Positions 34,611-35,899 of a DNA stretch of 35,899 nt are shown here, in pieces; within the stretch, counting starts at the first letter, position 1, and each line of letters opens with the position of its first letter. The DNA is from Paracoccaceae bacterium (GTDB lineage Bacteria; Pseudomonadota; Alphaproteobacteria; Rhodobacterales; Rhodobacteraceae). The position numbers and the translations under genes were made by a program. The stretch covers positions 1 through 35,899 of the forward strand of contig JAASTF010000001.1 in NCBI GenBank assembly GCA_021767525.1, in the 5' to 3' direction. A model generated the notes under the pieces. It saw nothing but the letters and a program-made list of their open reading frames with translations, did no database searches and was not told the origin of the DNA.

Positions 34611-35899
34611 AAGGCGCACGGGCCTGCGTCGCTGCGCACCATGCGCAGCACGACCGAGCGTGCGAACAGCTCTTCCAGCGGGCTTTCGATGTCAGGGCTC
34701 AGCCCGGTTATACCCAGCAACGTGTCGCGGCGACGCTCGAAATCGGCCGTGTCGGTGAACCTGCCAAAGCGCGGCAGGAACGACTCAAGCGTACCGGCGG
34801 CGGCGCTGGCATCGATCAGTTGGGTCATCGGCGCATGGGTGCCATCTGCCAGCGTGACCAGGACGCGCGGCAGGGCTGCGGCATCCATCAATTCGCCCAG
34901 ACGCCGCATCGCGCCCAGCCGGCGCCCTTCGGCAAGGTAGTAATTCAACCGGTCTGGCGCGGCGGTGCCCGAGGGGCCATCCCAGGACGGGCTTGCCAGG
35001 CCGATCATGTCGATCTGAACAGTGGCGTTGCCCACCAGGCAGCTTTCCAGCGTCTCGGCGATCCGCGCGAAATAGCTGACACCGTCGGGTGTGACGACGG
35101 GATCGGTCAGGTTCGCCGTATCCGCTCCCCAGTCGAACGCGCCTTGCGGCGTTTCACCGCTGCGCACCGGCGTGGTGAAAAAGGGCAGGACAAGCGCGTT
35201 CTGCAGCCCTTGCACCGCCGCCTCGTCGCCCCCTGGCAGGGTGATCGATGTCTGAAAGATATGCGCATTGACACCGGCCGGCGCATCGCCGTCCGGCGGC
35301 ACCCGGATGGCGGGGGTCACGATCAGCGCGGCGGGTGCCGCGCCAGAAGGGACCGGCCACTGGCCCAGCGCCAGGCCCAGCGCCCCTTGCTGGGCGATCA
35401 GCGCTGACAACTTGTCATCGAGCAGCGTGACAAGCGCGGCCCCGCTGCGATCACCGGTAAGCTGCGCGGCAAGCGTCGCACCCAGCCGGGTGCCATCGGC
35501 CAGGGCAAGGCGCAATTCGCGCAATTCATGGATCAGACCGCCGGCGCCATCCGCCCCGTCGAAAAACGCCAGCATATGATCCGGCAAATCCAACCGGCTG
35601 GTGGCAGGACCGGCCCCGGCAAAGACGATTTCCAAAGCCTGCGCCATCGAGATATCGCCGCCCAAATGGCCGCGCACCGTGTTCAGCGCCGCCAGTATCG
35701 CGGCCACGTCGATCCGCGCCGGGTCGGGGTTGGACAGGGCGATCGCGATGCTTTGGCGCGCCTTAAGCATGATCGGGTCAGCCAGTCTTGGTGCGGGGGT
35801 CGCCCCGGCCATCACCGCCTGTGTCAGGATTTCAAGGCTTGTATGGCCCAGGTCCACCGTGACTGCCGCGGCCTGGCCCTGCCCGGCCTCCTTCTGCGC
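34607..35899 (-). CDS. Hypothetical protein, C-terminal part (5' end outside window), with probable divergent OmpA/MotB-like C-terminal domain
   Basis: Frame is open from the window edge (AQKEAGQGQAAAVTVDLGH...). AFDWG...FARIAETL...VQIDMIGLAS...NYYLAEGR...ARSVVL resembles the OmpA_C pattern. Confidence 0.7.
   Translation of the reverse strand, partial: AQKEAGQGQAAAVTVDLGHTSLEILTQAVMAGATPAPRLADPIMLKARQSIAIALSNPDPARIDVAAILAALNTVRGHLGGDISMAQALEIVFAGAGPATSRLDLPDHMLAFFDGADGAGGLIHELRELRLALADGTRLGATLAAQLTGDRSGAALVTLLDDKLSALIAQQGALGLALGQWPVPSGAAPAALIVTPAIRVPPDGDAPAGVNAHIFQTSITLPGGDEAAVQGLQNALVLPFFTTPVRSGETPQGAFDWGADTANLTDPVVTPDGVSYFARIAETLESCLVGNATVQIDMIGLASPSWDGPSGTAAPDRLNYYLAEGRRLGAMRRLGELMDAAALPRVLVTLADGTHAPMTQLIDASAAAGTLESFLPRFGRFTDTADFERRRDTLLGITGLSPDIESPLEELFARSVVLRMVRSDAGPCAF

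Noticed and set aside
1-35899. CRISPR arrays, tRNA/rRNA genes, IS elements, integrases or att sites
   Set aside because: No regularly spaced repeats, RNA-gene signatures or transposase/integrase motifs seen; no obvious compositional break, so island status of the right-hand block is unproven.

Overview
GC-rich window whose gene content and protein sequences look like a Rhodobacteraceae (Roseobacter-type alphaproteobacterium) chromosome; this assignment is inferred, not database-checked. Left part (1-19 kb) is mostly housekeeping, transport and catabolic genes: partial metF, a small 'virulence factor' family gene, a Ppx/GppA phosphatase, rlmE, a SufS-like PLP enzyme lacking the catalytic Cys, a TetR-controlled FMO/BASS-transporter/epimerase/SDR operon with a visible operator, a Dpp/Opp-type ABC importer and an RND pump. 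The 19-23.7 kb block is a LysR-centred redox cluster (AKR, cyclophilin-like, tandem CMD, NADP oxidoreductase, cupin) with three matching ATGA-N7-TCAT boxes, followed by a BKACE (DUF849) gene. The most unusual region is 25.1-35.9 kb: an operon of metallophosphoesterase, a 1393-aa cholesterol-oxidase-like GMC / unknown domain / Cys-nucleophile alpha-beta-hydrolase fusion, and a class III nucleotide cyclase-STAND ATPase-helical repeat protein, followed by a Crp-family regulator and a convergent protein with a divergent OmpA-like domain. The cyclase has a charge-swapped Asp/Lys base-specificity pair and is split by one in-frame TAG. This looks like a candidate lipid-linked cyclic-nucleotide signalling or conflict module. 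No rRNA, tRNA, CRISPR array or transposase was recognised.
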